Source: an uncultured Acidobacteriota bacterium
Lineage (GTDB): Bacteria; Acidobacteriota; Blastocatellia; RBC074
NCBI GenBank assembly: GCA_963796275.1
Contig: CAWCKY010000004.1
Coordinates: 1,472,001-1,536,000, forward strand
Length of the DNA: 64,000 nucleotides
Direction: 5' to 3'
This document shows positions 42,594 through 52,882 of the stretch, piece by piece. Position 1 is the first letter of the stretch, and every line of letters starts with the position of its first letter. The notes under the pieces were generated by a model. That model saw only the letters and a list, made by a program, of their open reading frames with translations. It was not told the origin of the DNA and searched no databases. A program made the position numbers and the translations under genes.

Positions 42594-45500
42594 GCATCTT
42601 GCTCTACAACCAGCAACACCTTCCGATCACGCCTAAAGCATTTGAGATTTTGATGGCCCTGGTCGAAGGCGGCGGGCAAATACTCAAGAAAGAAGATTTG
42701 ATGCAGAGGGTTTGGCCCGACGTTTTTGTCGAGGAGATCAATCTGGTCAAGAACATCTCTGATCTGCGCAAGACATTGGGCGGCATGGATGGGGGGCAGG
42801 AGTACATTCAGACGATCCCCAAACGCGGCTATCGCTTCATCGTTCATGTCAAACCGTCGTGGGAAGAAGTTGGCGTGATAGAAAACTCCAGCGGCGCATT
42901 TATCGACAATGAGATGGAGCTTGCCAGCGGCGCAGTGGGAGGTGGCGAGTTGATCGGGCGTGAAACCGAATTGACCCGGTTGCAAAACTGGTTGGAAATG
43001 GCGCTGCGCGGCAAGCGGCAGGTGGTCTTCATCACGGGAGAGCCGGGCATCGGCAAGACCACCCTGGTTAAAGCGTTTCTCCAGCGCGTTACTGCCAATC
43101 GGCGCTTTGCGATCGCGTACGGACAATGTCTTTAGCAGTTTGGTACGGGTGAGGCCTACTTGCCGGTCTTTGAAGCGCTCAGCCGGCTGTGCAGTGAACC
43201 GGGACGCGAAAACTTGGTTGAGTTGCTCGCCGAACGAGCGCCGACCTGGCTCGCGCAGATGCCAACGCTCGTCAGCGTCGCCGAACGAGCGGCGCTACAC
43301 GAGGAGATTTTCGGCGCGACGCGTGAACGGATGCTGCGCGAGATGACCGAAACGATCGAAATACTGACTGCTGAAACCCCGCTCGTGCTGGTCCTGGAAG
43401 ACTTGCATTGGAGTGACGACTCGACATTGAGTCTCATCACCGCGCTGGCACAGCGAAGCGACCGGGCACGGTTCCTGCTGATTGGAACCTGGCGTCCGGT
43501 TGAAGTGAATCTAAGTGGGCATCCGCTCAAAGCTACCAAGCAGGAACTGCTGATCCATCGCCAGTGCGCAGAGTTGCAGCTCGGATTTCTGACTGAGGCG
43601 GCAGTGAGCGAATACCTCTTGATGCGTTTTCCGCAACATCGTTTCCCGGATGGTTTGGCGCATCTGATCTATCAACGGACTGACGGTAATCCGCTGTTTA
43701 TAGTCAATCTGGTAGATTACCTGGCGGCACAAGAAGTGATCATCGCTCGCGACGGACAGTGGGAATTGAAAGCCGCACTGACCGAGATCGAAATCGGGAT
43801 GCCGGAGAGTATTAAACAGATGATCGAGAGGCAAATCGATCGGTTGAGCCCGGATGAGCAGCGGTTGCTCGAAGCCGCCAGTGTGGACGGTATCGGTTTT
43901 TCTGCCTCATCTGTAGCTGCCGCACTCGATGTAGATGTAGTCCAGATTGAGGAAAAGTGCGATTTATTGGCGCGCCACGATCAATTCCTGTGCTCATCCG
44001 GGATCAGTCAATGGCCGGATAGGACAGAGACACCCGGCTACAATTTCACCCATGCACTCTATCACAGCATCTTCTACCAACATGTTTCCCCGGCTCGGCG
44101 AAGTCAGTTGCATTATCGTATCGGTGAGCATAAAGAGTTGGTTTATGGTTCGCGCGCGGGCGAGATCGCGGCAGAGTTGGCGATCCATTTCGAGCGGGGG
44201 CGCGATTATCGCCGGGCTGTTCAGTATCTGCGGCAGGCTGCCGAGAACGCTCTCCGCTCTTTTGCTAATCGTCAGGCGATTGACCATCTCACACTGGCGA
44301 TTGAATTACTGAACCGGATTCCCTCGACGGAACAACATGGTCCCCAGATGGAAATCCTGGAGATGATTGGCTTGGCCTCTCGCTCGATGAATGACATGCT
44401 GGGAGCCATTAAGACATATGAGGACATGGTCTTGTGCGCTCAGAAAGAAGGGCGGCTTGAGAGTAAGATCAGAGCCCTTCTCTGCTTGTGCAGCGGGCTT
44501 TACTGGACTGATCGCAGAAAGTGTTTAGAAGTTGTTGATCGAATCGGTGAACTCAGTCTTCAGCTTCAAGACGGGATACTTAAAACACATGCGCGCGGCC
44601 ATTGTGGGAGTTTGAATCTCCTTTTGCGGGGCTGGCATGACGACGACTTCTTGGCGGTGGCTGCTTCCGTTGAAGCGACCCGGGACACCGATGATCACAG
44701 GCTATTGGGGGAGTGTCTATCACTGTATTCATTCCATCAGGGCTGTCGGGGAGAGTACCGAGCAGCCTATCATTCGGCGGAAGAAGGATTACAAGTGACG
44801 CGAGAAGTCGGCGATGCTTTCCTCTTTATGTCATGTCAATATTCTCGTGCCCTGGCCGTATTGCATCTTGGCGAATGGGGGGAGATGCTGCGGTTTGTCA
44901 GAGATGGGATGGAAATGGCGGGGAAGAATCTTAATCAGGTATGGACAATGGCTCTTCAACTCCTACTGGCCTGGTTACATGAAATGGCAACTAACTTCGA
45001 GCGGTCGCGTGAGCTCTTCGAATCGGTCTATGGACGGACACAAGCAGGCGAGGTCAACCATATTATAGCTACTATCGGGTTAGGGCACGCCTATTTGGGT
45101 CTCAAGCAATACGATCGTGCCTTCGGCTGCTTCAGTGAAATCACCCAGTGGCTTGAAGACGGGCACATGACTCATGAATTGGACTAACTATGTAATTCTG
45201 CATCATGGTCTGAGCCGATATTGGCTTGGGCAGGGAAATTTTGCAGAGGCACGCTACCAAGCTCAGCAAATGCATCACCTCGCCTCACAGCCAGGCGAGG
45301 TTACTTACATGGCGCTTGGAAGGCGGATATTAGCCGAGATCGCAATGGCAGAGCAGGACTATGAACAGGCTGAAGCGGAAGTCACACAGGCATTCGATGT
45401 TATTAACCGAGCCGAAGCACCGTTAGCCGAGTGGCGGGTGTGGCAAACAGCGGCACGGCTCCACTCAGCCAGAGGGGAGCACGCCGAGGCGGCGCGTAAC

Positions 45501-45614
45501 TGGGAATGCAGCCTGACAATACTCAATCGGCTGGCTGACTCACTTGGTGAGGACGAACCGCTGTATCAACATCTAGTTGAGCGTTTGCGAAAACAGGTGG
45601 TCTACCCGCTTTGA
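42533..45614 (+). pseudogene. OmpR/CadC-type winged-helix + AAA ATPase + TPR-like transcriptional regulator, disrupted
   Basis: wHTH motifs (TPKAFEIL, VWPDVFVEE, IQTIPKRGYRF), Walker A GEPGIGKT, LEDLHWSD, TDGNPLF. In-frame TAG at 43133-43135 and a frameshift near 45172. Confidence 0.85.
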
Positions 45615-45685
45615 GTTGTTTTGCTTGGTGGATGTTTACCAACCGCATAAAAGCTAACTCTCCCCTTCTCTCCCTCGCAACACTC

Positions 45686-46455
45686 TCACTCATGCCGTCT
45701 TGTTACCTCACTTACTGCTGTTGAGTTCTTTGAGGCGCGCTGCCAGGCGCCCGATTCGTGACAACTCAGGCAGGTTATGCGGGTATTCTCGGCGGCCTTG
45801 GGATCCTTCTTCCATTTCCTGGCGACAGATTCATAGGCAGTGTTGCTTAGCGTGGCGATTATCTTGTCGAGGTGTTGGGTCGACTCTTCCGTGCGCCCGG
45901 TCCGCATAGCGGAGGCGGCGAGCCCGCCGAGAAGCTCGCCGCGAAGATGCAGTGGAAGCTGGTTGACAACGGGAGCCTGCTGTTTCCAGAGCGCCTGGTA
46001 AGAGTCATAGGCTTGCGACCAGGCGGCGGCGCGATGTTCCTTCGGCAGCCGGTCACCGAAGGTCACGTAAGTGGCTCCGGCAATCGCGGAAGCCTCGCCA
46101 TCTTTCGAGCCGATCAGTTGGGCTTGAGCGAATAGATCGAGCGCCTCTCGGTATTTCTGCTGAAACTCATCGTTGCGATTATTTTCGTGGGCGATCACAG
46201 CGCGGTAAAGTGTTGCGCTGGCTTTCCAGGCCAAAAGTGAGGATTTTGCGGCGGGACGTTTTTCGAGCAGCGTCTGAATATTCTTTTCTCCCCTTCTAAA
46301 ACGCTCCATGTCATTGGCCAGGAAGCCAGCAAAGAGATCTCTCGCACGAGAGTATGGACAGTGATTCGAGTGTCCGAGAGTGGCGGTTCCGGAGATTGAG
46401 CCATTGCCACGGTGACACATAACACCGAAAGAAAAGTCTTGCTGATTCGATACAT
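45686..46455 (-). CDS. Secreted helical protein with a single C-terminal CxxCH heme-binding motif (frameshift near 46340)
   Basis: Signal MYRISKTFLSVLCVTVAMA-Q from ORF 46195-46464 joins ORF 45686-46420, which ends ITCLSCHE. Confidence 0.7.
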
Positions 46456-46466
46456 GGTCTGCACCT

Positions 46467-46692
46467 CATCAATTAAGCACTGTTATCTTTTAAACCGGAT
46501 GTCCCGGCAGTAGCACGGCAGAACAAAGAATACTATGAGCTCCCTCTGCACGTCCTCGGGAGTTCTGGGAAAAACCTGGGAAAACTTTGGGAGGAATCGA
46601 CCTTCATGCGGCCGTCCGCAACCAGATTCATCTATCACCTTGGCCCTTTCCTGCTGGACACAGCTGAACCTGGACTCCCCAGTATCAGTTGA
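46467..46692 (+). pseudogene. Second copy of the regulator promoter plus a 28-codon stub of a paralogous wHTH regulator
   Basis: The ATG at 46606 gives MRPSATRFIYHLGPFLLDTAEP versus MQPSARLVYHFGLFRLDTGER at 42533. Similarity stops at ~46669. Confidence 0.8.
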
Positions 46693-46754
46693 CCTGCCGT
46701 GTTCTCCCCGCCCGAATCAGAGCGCCCAACTCGGGTTTAATAATCCTTTTCTCC

Positions 46755-46887
46755 GGCTGTCGGAATATCCGACACGAATGCGTCGGATTATTCGACATGG
46801 AGGTCACGGACAAACGAAAGTTGTGTTGAACGAAGCTATTATGTGAAGAGAACAAGACTGCCGGACAACCGACGCTACAATATCTAG
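46755..46887 (+). repeat. ~135 bp diverged direct repeat, copy 2
   Basis: TGTCGG-AATAT-CCGACA (46758-46774), CGTCGG-ATTAT-TCGACA (46781-46797), TGCCGG-ACAA-CCGACG (46859-46874). Confidence 0.85.
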
Positions 46888-47100
46888 TACAAAAGGGCTG
46901 TCATGATCACAACTAATCGCATCTGTCTCTGTCCAATTCATTTCTCTCTTACACATGGCTCCCACGCGAAGAGTGATCGCCGTTTGTCAGTATCCTGAAT
47001 ATACGGAGAAATTCTCTATACACTTTTCTGCGCAAACTTACGAATTTGAATGCATTCCTGCGTTTTTATTCCAACAGTAATCGATCGACCGCAATCGGAA

Positions 47101-47115
47101 TGGCACATAGCTTGT
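47101..47115 (+). promoter_or_regulatory. Sigma54-like -24/-12 element heading the rightward transfer operon
   Basis: TGGCACATAGCTTGT = GG-N10-GT, ~55 bp upstream of the first ATG (47169). Confidence 0.45.
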
Positions 47116-47168
47116 TTAGAGGTTCAGTCAGGTATTCGCATTATTTCTAGCGAAGGGAGTCTTACACG

Positions 47169-47655
47169 ATGAACGAGGCTGGCGTGCAAATAAGGGATTA
47201 CATGAGAAACTTCGTCGCCAATCATGTGGATATTAGCGAAGGCAAGGTGGCGCTCAAAGTTTCGGCGAGAGAGGTAGAGATACTCGGAGAGTCACTGGTG
47301 AAGGAATTGATCGGCTGGGCGATGGAACCCACAAGTTCCCCGTGGCCTGAATATGGTAGCTACAACACCGATTTCCTAGCCGGCCTCGGCACACCAGCAA
47401 CTGGATAGATGTGAAGACGACGTGGTGGTCAAATTCACATCCCGGGATGTGCTGGCGCTGGGCCAGTTATTCATCCTGGGAGTACTCAGATGGGTGCAGA
47501 GCATACAAATAGCGCGGCGACGCGCTGACCGACTACGTGAAGCCATCCTCGCGAAACAGGCGGAGTTTAAGGCTGAATTTGAAGAAGACGATAAAAACGA
47601 CAGCGCTAAAGACCTGTTTAACCAAAGCACAAAGTGGAAGGTTCGATATGAATGA
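47169..47655 (+). CDS. Two small hypothetical ORFs (47169-47408, 47422-47655), possibly one split gene, at the head of the transfer operon
   Basis: AAGGGAG RBS before 47169. The second ORF overlaps the virB8-like start. No recognised motif. Confidence 0.45.
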
Positions 47656-48437
47656 TGTTCAAACCATAGAACTTCATCCAGGCCGTGACGTGATCGCCGG
47701 CGAGACAGGCAGGGCCGAATCGGGTCACATCGAGGAACGCGATGCGGCCACCACACAATCGTCTCTTCATACCTTATACCGACGATCCCGCAGATGTCAG
47801 AACCATACTGAGCATGGCCGCGACGGGAACGCTGCTGGCGCTTCTGCTGCTCGCGAGCGTCGCGCTCAACATCTGGCAATACTGGCGGCGGCCTGATCGG
47901 ATCGTCGTGGATCGTTCCTCGGGCAGAGTGCTGCAGATCAACGACCGTGAATACGGCGAGACGGAAGCGGTCAGACTGGGTCCTGACAGTCTCACCAACG
48001 CTGATAAGCAGTACATTGCAGGGGAATTCGTCAAGGCGATCTATCAGGTCGATCCTGCAACACGCCCCCGCGACATAGAAAGGGCGCTCCGAATGATGTC
48101 CCCCAACAGCGCCCTTCTATTCGCCCGCTACCTCAAGCAAACAGGCATTCTCGACAAACAACGGGCCGAATCCTGGCAGGCGGTCTGGACGCCGCAGGAC
48201 ACCTCGGTCGACGGGGCGGTATCCCTACACGGTGCGCGTAATCGGCAAGCAGGAGATTACAAAAGTCATTTCCGGCGCCCCTAACAGGAAGCGCGCCAAT
48301 TGCACCTGACGCTAAAGCTCGCCGCCGATCCGCAAAGGCGGGCCGACCGCAACCTACGCTCAGGGTTTCTCGTCTCATCATTCGACTACCGGGAGCTCGG
48401 AACGCCGGAATCATCGGAGGTGGAGGCGCCTCGATAG
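47648..48437 (+). CDS. VirB8/TrbF-like bitopic protein (several frameshifts)
   Basis: TM LLALLLLASVALNIWQ then PDRIVVDRSSGRV. A C-terminal frame reads NLRSGFLVSSFDY (VirB8-type NPxGFxV). Confidence 0.7.
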
Positions 48438-48458
48438 GCTGCGAGCAAGGAGAAGATC

Positions 48459-49698
48459 ATGTCCAAACACAGGCACGGCACTATTACTCTGGCTGTGATC
48501 GCTATCGCCCTCTTCACCAGCTCTGCGAAGGGGCAGGTAAATTCAAGCCGCGACAGAACGGTGGAAACCAGGAAAGAGAGCACGCAAGCGCCACAGCAAG
48601 GATCGAGGGAGTGAGAGCGGCGCAAGTGTTCCCTCCCCGGTCGTGCTTGCCAATCCGCCCTCGGCCGATTTCCTAAGTGGTGAGGCGAACGTGGCGGTGA
48701 GCGGCAATCAGAATCCGGTCATCAGGCTCGGGCTTTCTCCCAACGGCGTGACGATGATCGAATTCCCTGTCGCTGACCGTTTTTTCGCCCTCCATCCCGG
48801 CAACAGCGACCTGGTGACCATCGACGAATCTCCCACCAAGGGAACCGATCATTTTCTGGTCGTGCGGGCAGGCAGCGGCTTCTCTTCTCCCGTGAATATG
48901 GCTAATGCGCGCCGCGCTCCAGTCACATCGATCATCGTTCAGATGCAATCGGGACTGGTCATGACCTTTCTCTTCTACCCGGTGCAGCAACTCTCTGAGC
49001 AGGCGCATCGCGTGGTGATCGCTTATGACCGGGAAGAAGTGATCGCGGCGCGGCGAGCCGCAGGACTGGCCGTCAACCTCGATGGCGCGGAAGCAGGGAG
49101 ACCGCGTACCACATCGTTGCGCATATCTTCTCCGCCGCCACCTGCGCCGGATGAATCGGCGCCCGATCTCGCTCGAACACCGCCCACGCCAAAACTGGTG
49201 GCTGACACTGCCGAAATCGACACAACACAGCCCCCGATAAAAAGCGATCACAAAAGCAATGATCCGGCACGACTCGCCAGTCTGGCTCTCACCGAAGCGA
49301 CCAGATCGCCGCGAAGCTTCAAGAAATGGAGCGACTCGGTGCATGGGCTATCGCTCTCCGTCACTCCCGTACAGGAAGCAGGCAAGAATTCTCAGCTGGT
49401 CGTCATCGCGGCCCGCAATACGAAGAAAATGGATGCGCGCATCGTGGCCGGACAGCCTGATATCTATCTGGAAACGCACGACGGCAAGGGCAGACCGCTT
49501 CAAATTGAGCCGGTCAGAAAACTCGCGATGGAAACCACGGCGACCGATGGAGTAATTCCCGGCGGCGAGACCAGATACTACGCGCTCGTATACGAGGCTA
49601 AGATTATGGGCGCACGGCAGCAATTGCGTGCCGCTCTCGGTCAGACGACATCGGCCGATGAACCGGCGACCGCGATCCTGACCTCGTCCAAACGTTGA
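48459..49698 (+). CDS. VirB9/TrbG-like outer-membrane core protein (frameshift near 48610-48640)
   Basis: Signal peptide from ATG at 48459, then PVIRLGLSPNGVTMIEFP and a two-domain beta structure with a Pro-rich linker. Lies between the virB8- and virB10-like genes. Confidence 0.65.
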
Positions 49699-51122
49699 AG
49701 GAATCACAGATGAATCCATCCGGAGATGGCTGGAAACAGAATATCGCAGTGGGCGTCGCGGAGCGCGATACCGGCGACACGAACGAGGAGCCGGCCACAT
49801 TTATCTCTCTCGATGATGACGAAGACGACAATACGGAATCTCCGGCTGATCAATCGGGGCGACGCGCAGCCAGCAGGCGCAAGCGGATCGCAGGGGCAGT
49901 GTGTTTTCTACTCATCTTAATCGTCGCGGGTGCAGGTCTATGGATGATGGTGGGCGGCGGCGGTAAGACGAAAATCAATGTACCAGTGCGTGATAACGCC
50001 CAGAGAACCGATCAGGTGGCGCGCGAGAATGCTGACGAGACGGCGCAGGCTATCGCCGAGGTCCGCAGCGCTACAGCTTCACCGACGCCAACCGCGAGCG
50101 CGTCTCCTGTGACAGAGGCGCCAGAAGCGACAGGTGGAACGAGAACGATCATTATGCCGACCACGCCAGTCACGGTACCCATTGAGGGAACCGGCTCCGT
50201 CGTTTCACCTCCCTCGACGGAAGCGGACCCGAGGGAACAAGGCGGCTCATCTCGACCACAGGCAGGCGCGGCGGCGAAACCAATAGGAATTGATTCGGAA
50301 CGCAATCCCGAGCGCTCGATCCGTTGCGCTCCCACACCCTTGCCTGTCTCCGCGCACAAGGCCTTCACCAGCGCTCCCGCGAACGCCAAGCCGTCTGAGG
50401 ACGCTGTGTCCGTGATTCTCAAGCAACCCGAGCCTCGTACTCGTGTCGTGTTACCTCCATTCGGCGCAATGTTGCCTATCAGGACGACGGGTGCTCTCTA
50501 CACTTTGCGCCCTGGCCTCGCTCGCTTCGAACTCACGCGTGATGTGCGCGGGCAGGGTTGGCATCTGCGAAAGGGCACGATGGTCATTGGCCAACAGCAG
50601 GGCAGCGAATATGACCGGGCATATATCTCGCTTATGGGCTTCATCGACCCCGAATCCAAACGGTTCGTGAAGGCGCCGGGAGAAGTGTTGGGCGCGGACG
50701 GCGCGCCGGGATTGCAGGGCAAGCGAAGACAGGTCAGCAGCCGGTGGGGGCGCGTTCTGGGGCGCGTGGCGACCAGCGCTGTCTCCCTGGGGCAGGCGGC
50801 GCTGGCGCGCGGAAACTCGACGACCGTCGTTCTGCCCGGTGCGGTCGCGCCTGAATTGATTCCGAGCGTGGCCAGCCGCCGTGAATTTGTCGAAGTGCCT
50901 GCCGGCACACCCGCGTTCGTGATGATCACAGATCTGCCGAAAGAGGCGCAGGCAGTAGACGCCGAGCCGCTCGTTGAAGGAATCGAAGAGCCGCTCACGG
51001 ATGAAGAATTGGCCGAGCTGCTCTCATCGGATTCGCCGGAGAAGATTCGCGCCGCAATGCCACGTATGACCCCAGAACTGCGGCGTATTGCCGACGCCGT
51101 GTTGAAAGAGCAGAACAGATGA
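49695..51122 (+). CDS. VirB10/TrbI-like core complex protein
   Basis: N-terminal TM, Pro/Thr-rich linker, C-terminal KGTMVIG...DRAYI...GADGAPGLQG...EVPAGTP. Confidence 0.75.
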   Translation: MKESQMNPSGDGWKQNIAVGVAERDTGDTNEEPATFISLDDDEDDNTESPADQSGRRAASRRKRIAGAVCFLLILIVAGAGLWMMVGGGGKTKINVPVRDNAQRTDQVARENADETAQAIAEVRSATASPTPTASASPVTEAPEATGGTRTIIMPTTPVTVPIEGTGSVVSPPSTEADPREQGGSSRPQAGAAAKPIGIDSERNPERSIRCAPTPLPVSAHKAFTSAPANAKPSEDAVSVILKQPEPRTRVVLPPFGAMLPIRTTGALYTLRPGLARFELTRDVRGQGWHLRKGTMVIGQQQGSEYDRAYISLMGFIDPESKRFVKAPGEVLGADGAPGLQGKRRQVSSRWGRVLGRVATSAVSLGQAALARGNSTTVVLPGAVAPELIPSVASRREFVEVPAGTPAFVMITDLPKEAQAVDAEPLVEGIEEPLTDEELAELLSSDSPEKIRAAMPRMTPELRRIADAVLKEQNR

Positions 51123-51180
51123 CTGACATAGTCATTCTTTTTTGTAAGACCATTACACAGGTCAGAGGATTACTACAGCA

Positions 51181-52210
51181 ATGATACAAAGAAACCTTAA
51201 TAAACCTGCCATAGATCCACGCGAGGTACTCGAGCAGGAGGGCGTCGATGCGCTCGCGGAGTCGCTCGCCGGCGTAGGCTACATCATCCAGCGACGCGCC
51301 CTCATCGATCTTGCACACGCGCTACGCAGTCGCAAGCCGCTGCTCATCGAAGGACCGCGAGGCGGTGGCAAGACGGCGCTGGCTGAGAGTCTGGCGTTAG
51401 CATGCAATCTGACGAGTTTCTATCTGCAAGGCATGGACGATCTGACTATCGCCGACGTGCTCTATTCGTGGGATCGCGAAGCGCAGACGCAGATGGTCAG
51501 ACAGGAACTTGCCGCCGGCACACCGCTTTGGGAGGCGCAGACAAAACAGTTTACACGCGAATATCTGATCCTGGGCGAAGCACTTGCGGCCTTCGATTAC
51601 GCGGACACGTACTTCGATCCACCAGTATTCATACTCGACGAGGCCGACAAGCTCACCGAGAAGATCGAGGACATGCTGCTGCAACTGCTCGGACGCGGCT
51701 GCGCCCACGTGCCGCGCTTCGGGAACATCGGCGTTCGTGACCGATCGAGATGGCCGATAGTCATCCTGCTCTCGAACGACATCCGCCACGACCTCTCGTC
51801 TCCTTTGCGATCGAGATGTCTTTACACTTGGCTCGAGCCGCCGACGCCGCGCGAAGAGGTGCGAATTCTGCGCGCGCGCGTACCTGATGGCCTCGGCCTA
51901 TCTGGTGGGCGGCGTGACCCGGCTGATCAACTGCATCCGGCGCGATATGCCGGCTGTGCGCGATAAGCCAGGACTGCGCGAATCAATAGACCTGCTGGAA
52001 GCGCTGGTAAGAGACGGCGTCGGTAATCTCACGGCGGAAGTGATCGATCAATACCTGTGTTTTCTGGGCAAGCGGCACAAAGAGTTACTCAATCTGCGGC
52101 AAGGGCTTGCGAGGCTGGAGACGGCCGCGCGCCGGGTCGACTATGAGATCGATGAATGGGTGGAGTGGGCGTTTGCGAATGAGGCTAATGTGATGGAAGA
52201 AGCGGCATGA
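51181..52210 (+). CDS. MoxR/CoxD-type AAA+ ATPase (frameshift near 51888)
   Basis: LAGVGYI, KPLLIEGPRGGGKTALAE, LYSWD, ILDEADK, PIVILLSN, LSSPLRSRC, then KPGLRESID in ORF 51887-52210. Confidence 0.85.
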
Positions 52211-52863
52211 AGGGCAGCGCCATGACTCATAAAACATTCAAAACATATCGTGCCACCATATTGATCGCCGGTCTGGCAGCCTCGCTCGTCATCGCGGTTT
52301 CTCATGATCGCAACTACTTCAGGCTGCGCGCAGTCGATCCCAGCGTGACGATGGAATTCGGTTAAGGATAGCGATCGGAAAACCAGCTTCCGCCAGACAA
52401 ATCATATCGCCACGACATTGACGGTGAGGTGGCGCGCACGGCTGATCGCATCGGCGAGGCAACGGCTCTGGCGCTTTCAGCCAGTCTCTACGCCAGCAAG
52501 CGAGCAAATCAAAGGACGCGCTCCGCGCGACGCGCCAGACCTGCTAGCCGGGATCGCGGCGAAGAATCTTCTGCCTCCCGGACTCTCATTCACACAAAAC
52601 GGCGGGCTCGTCTCCGCATACAGCGCTCTTTCAGTCCGCTATCGCCCAGCGCCACTCGGCATCGAGGTCGTCTCCATTGGCCACGAGATGAAGGCGGTCC
52701 CGCTTTAATTGTACGCATACCCGATGAGCTCTCGGACAAGGGCGAGGCCAAACTCTTCGTGGCCGGTTCACTGAGCAGCGTGAGAGTACCCGCGCCGTTC
52801 GCACCGACTGCCGAGGTGATCGCTCTCGGCTGGTCGCCCGAAAGCCTGCGTTCACTCAAATAA
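52207..52863 (+). CDS. Pilin-like putative lipoprotein, paralog A (multiple frameshifts)
   Basis: ATGA overlap with the MoxR gene. Reconstructed N-terminus LIAGLAASLVIAV-LMIATTSGC. Body shares motifs with 54866-55393. Confidence 0.5.
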
Positions 52864-52882
52864 TTCCGGAACCGAGGTTGTA

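Noticed and set aside
43133-43135. Pyrrolysine or recoded amber codon
   Set aside because: Other genes here end normally at TAG, there is no pyl machinery in the window, and the gene has a second lesion.
37876-46887. CRISPR array or integron attC array
   Set aside because: There are only two copies ~9 kb apart, no regular repeat-spacer period, no cas or intI genes, and no RYYYAAC/GTTRRRY boxes noticed.
51181-52210. VirB11 or sigma54 activator
   Set aside because: It lacks the Asp/His boxes of PulE/VirB11 ATPases and the GAFTGA motif of enhancer-binding proteins.
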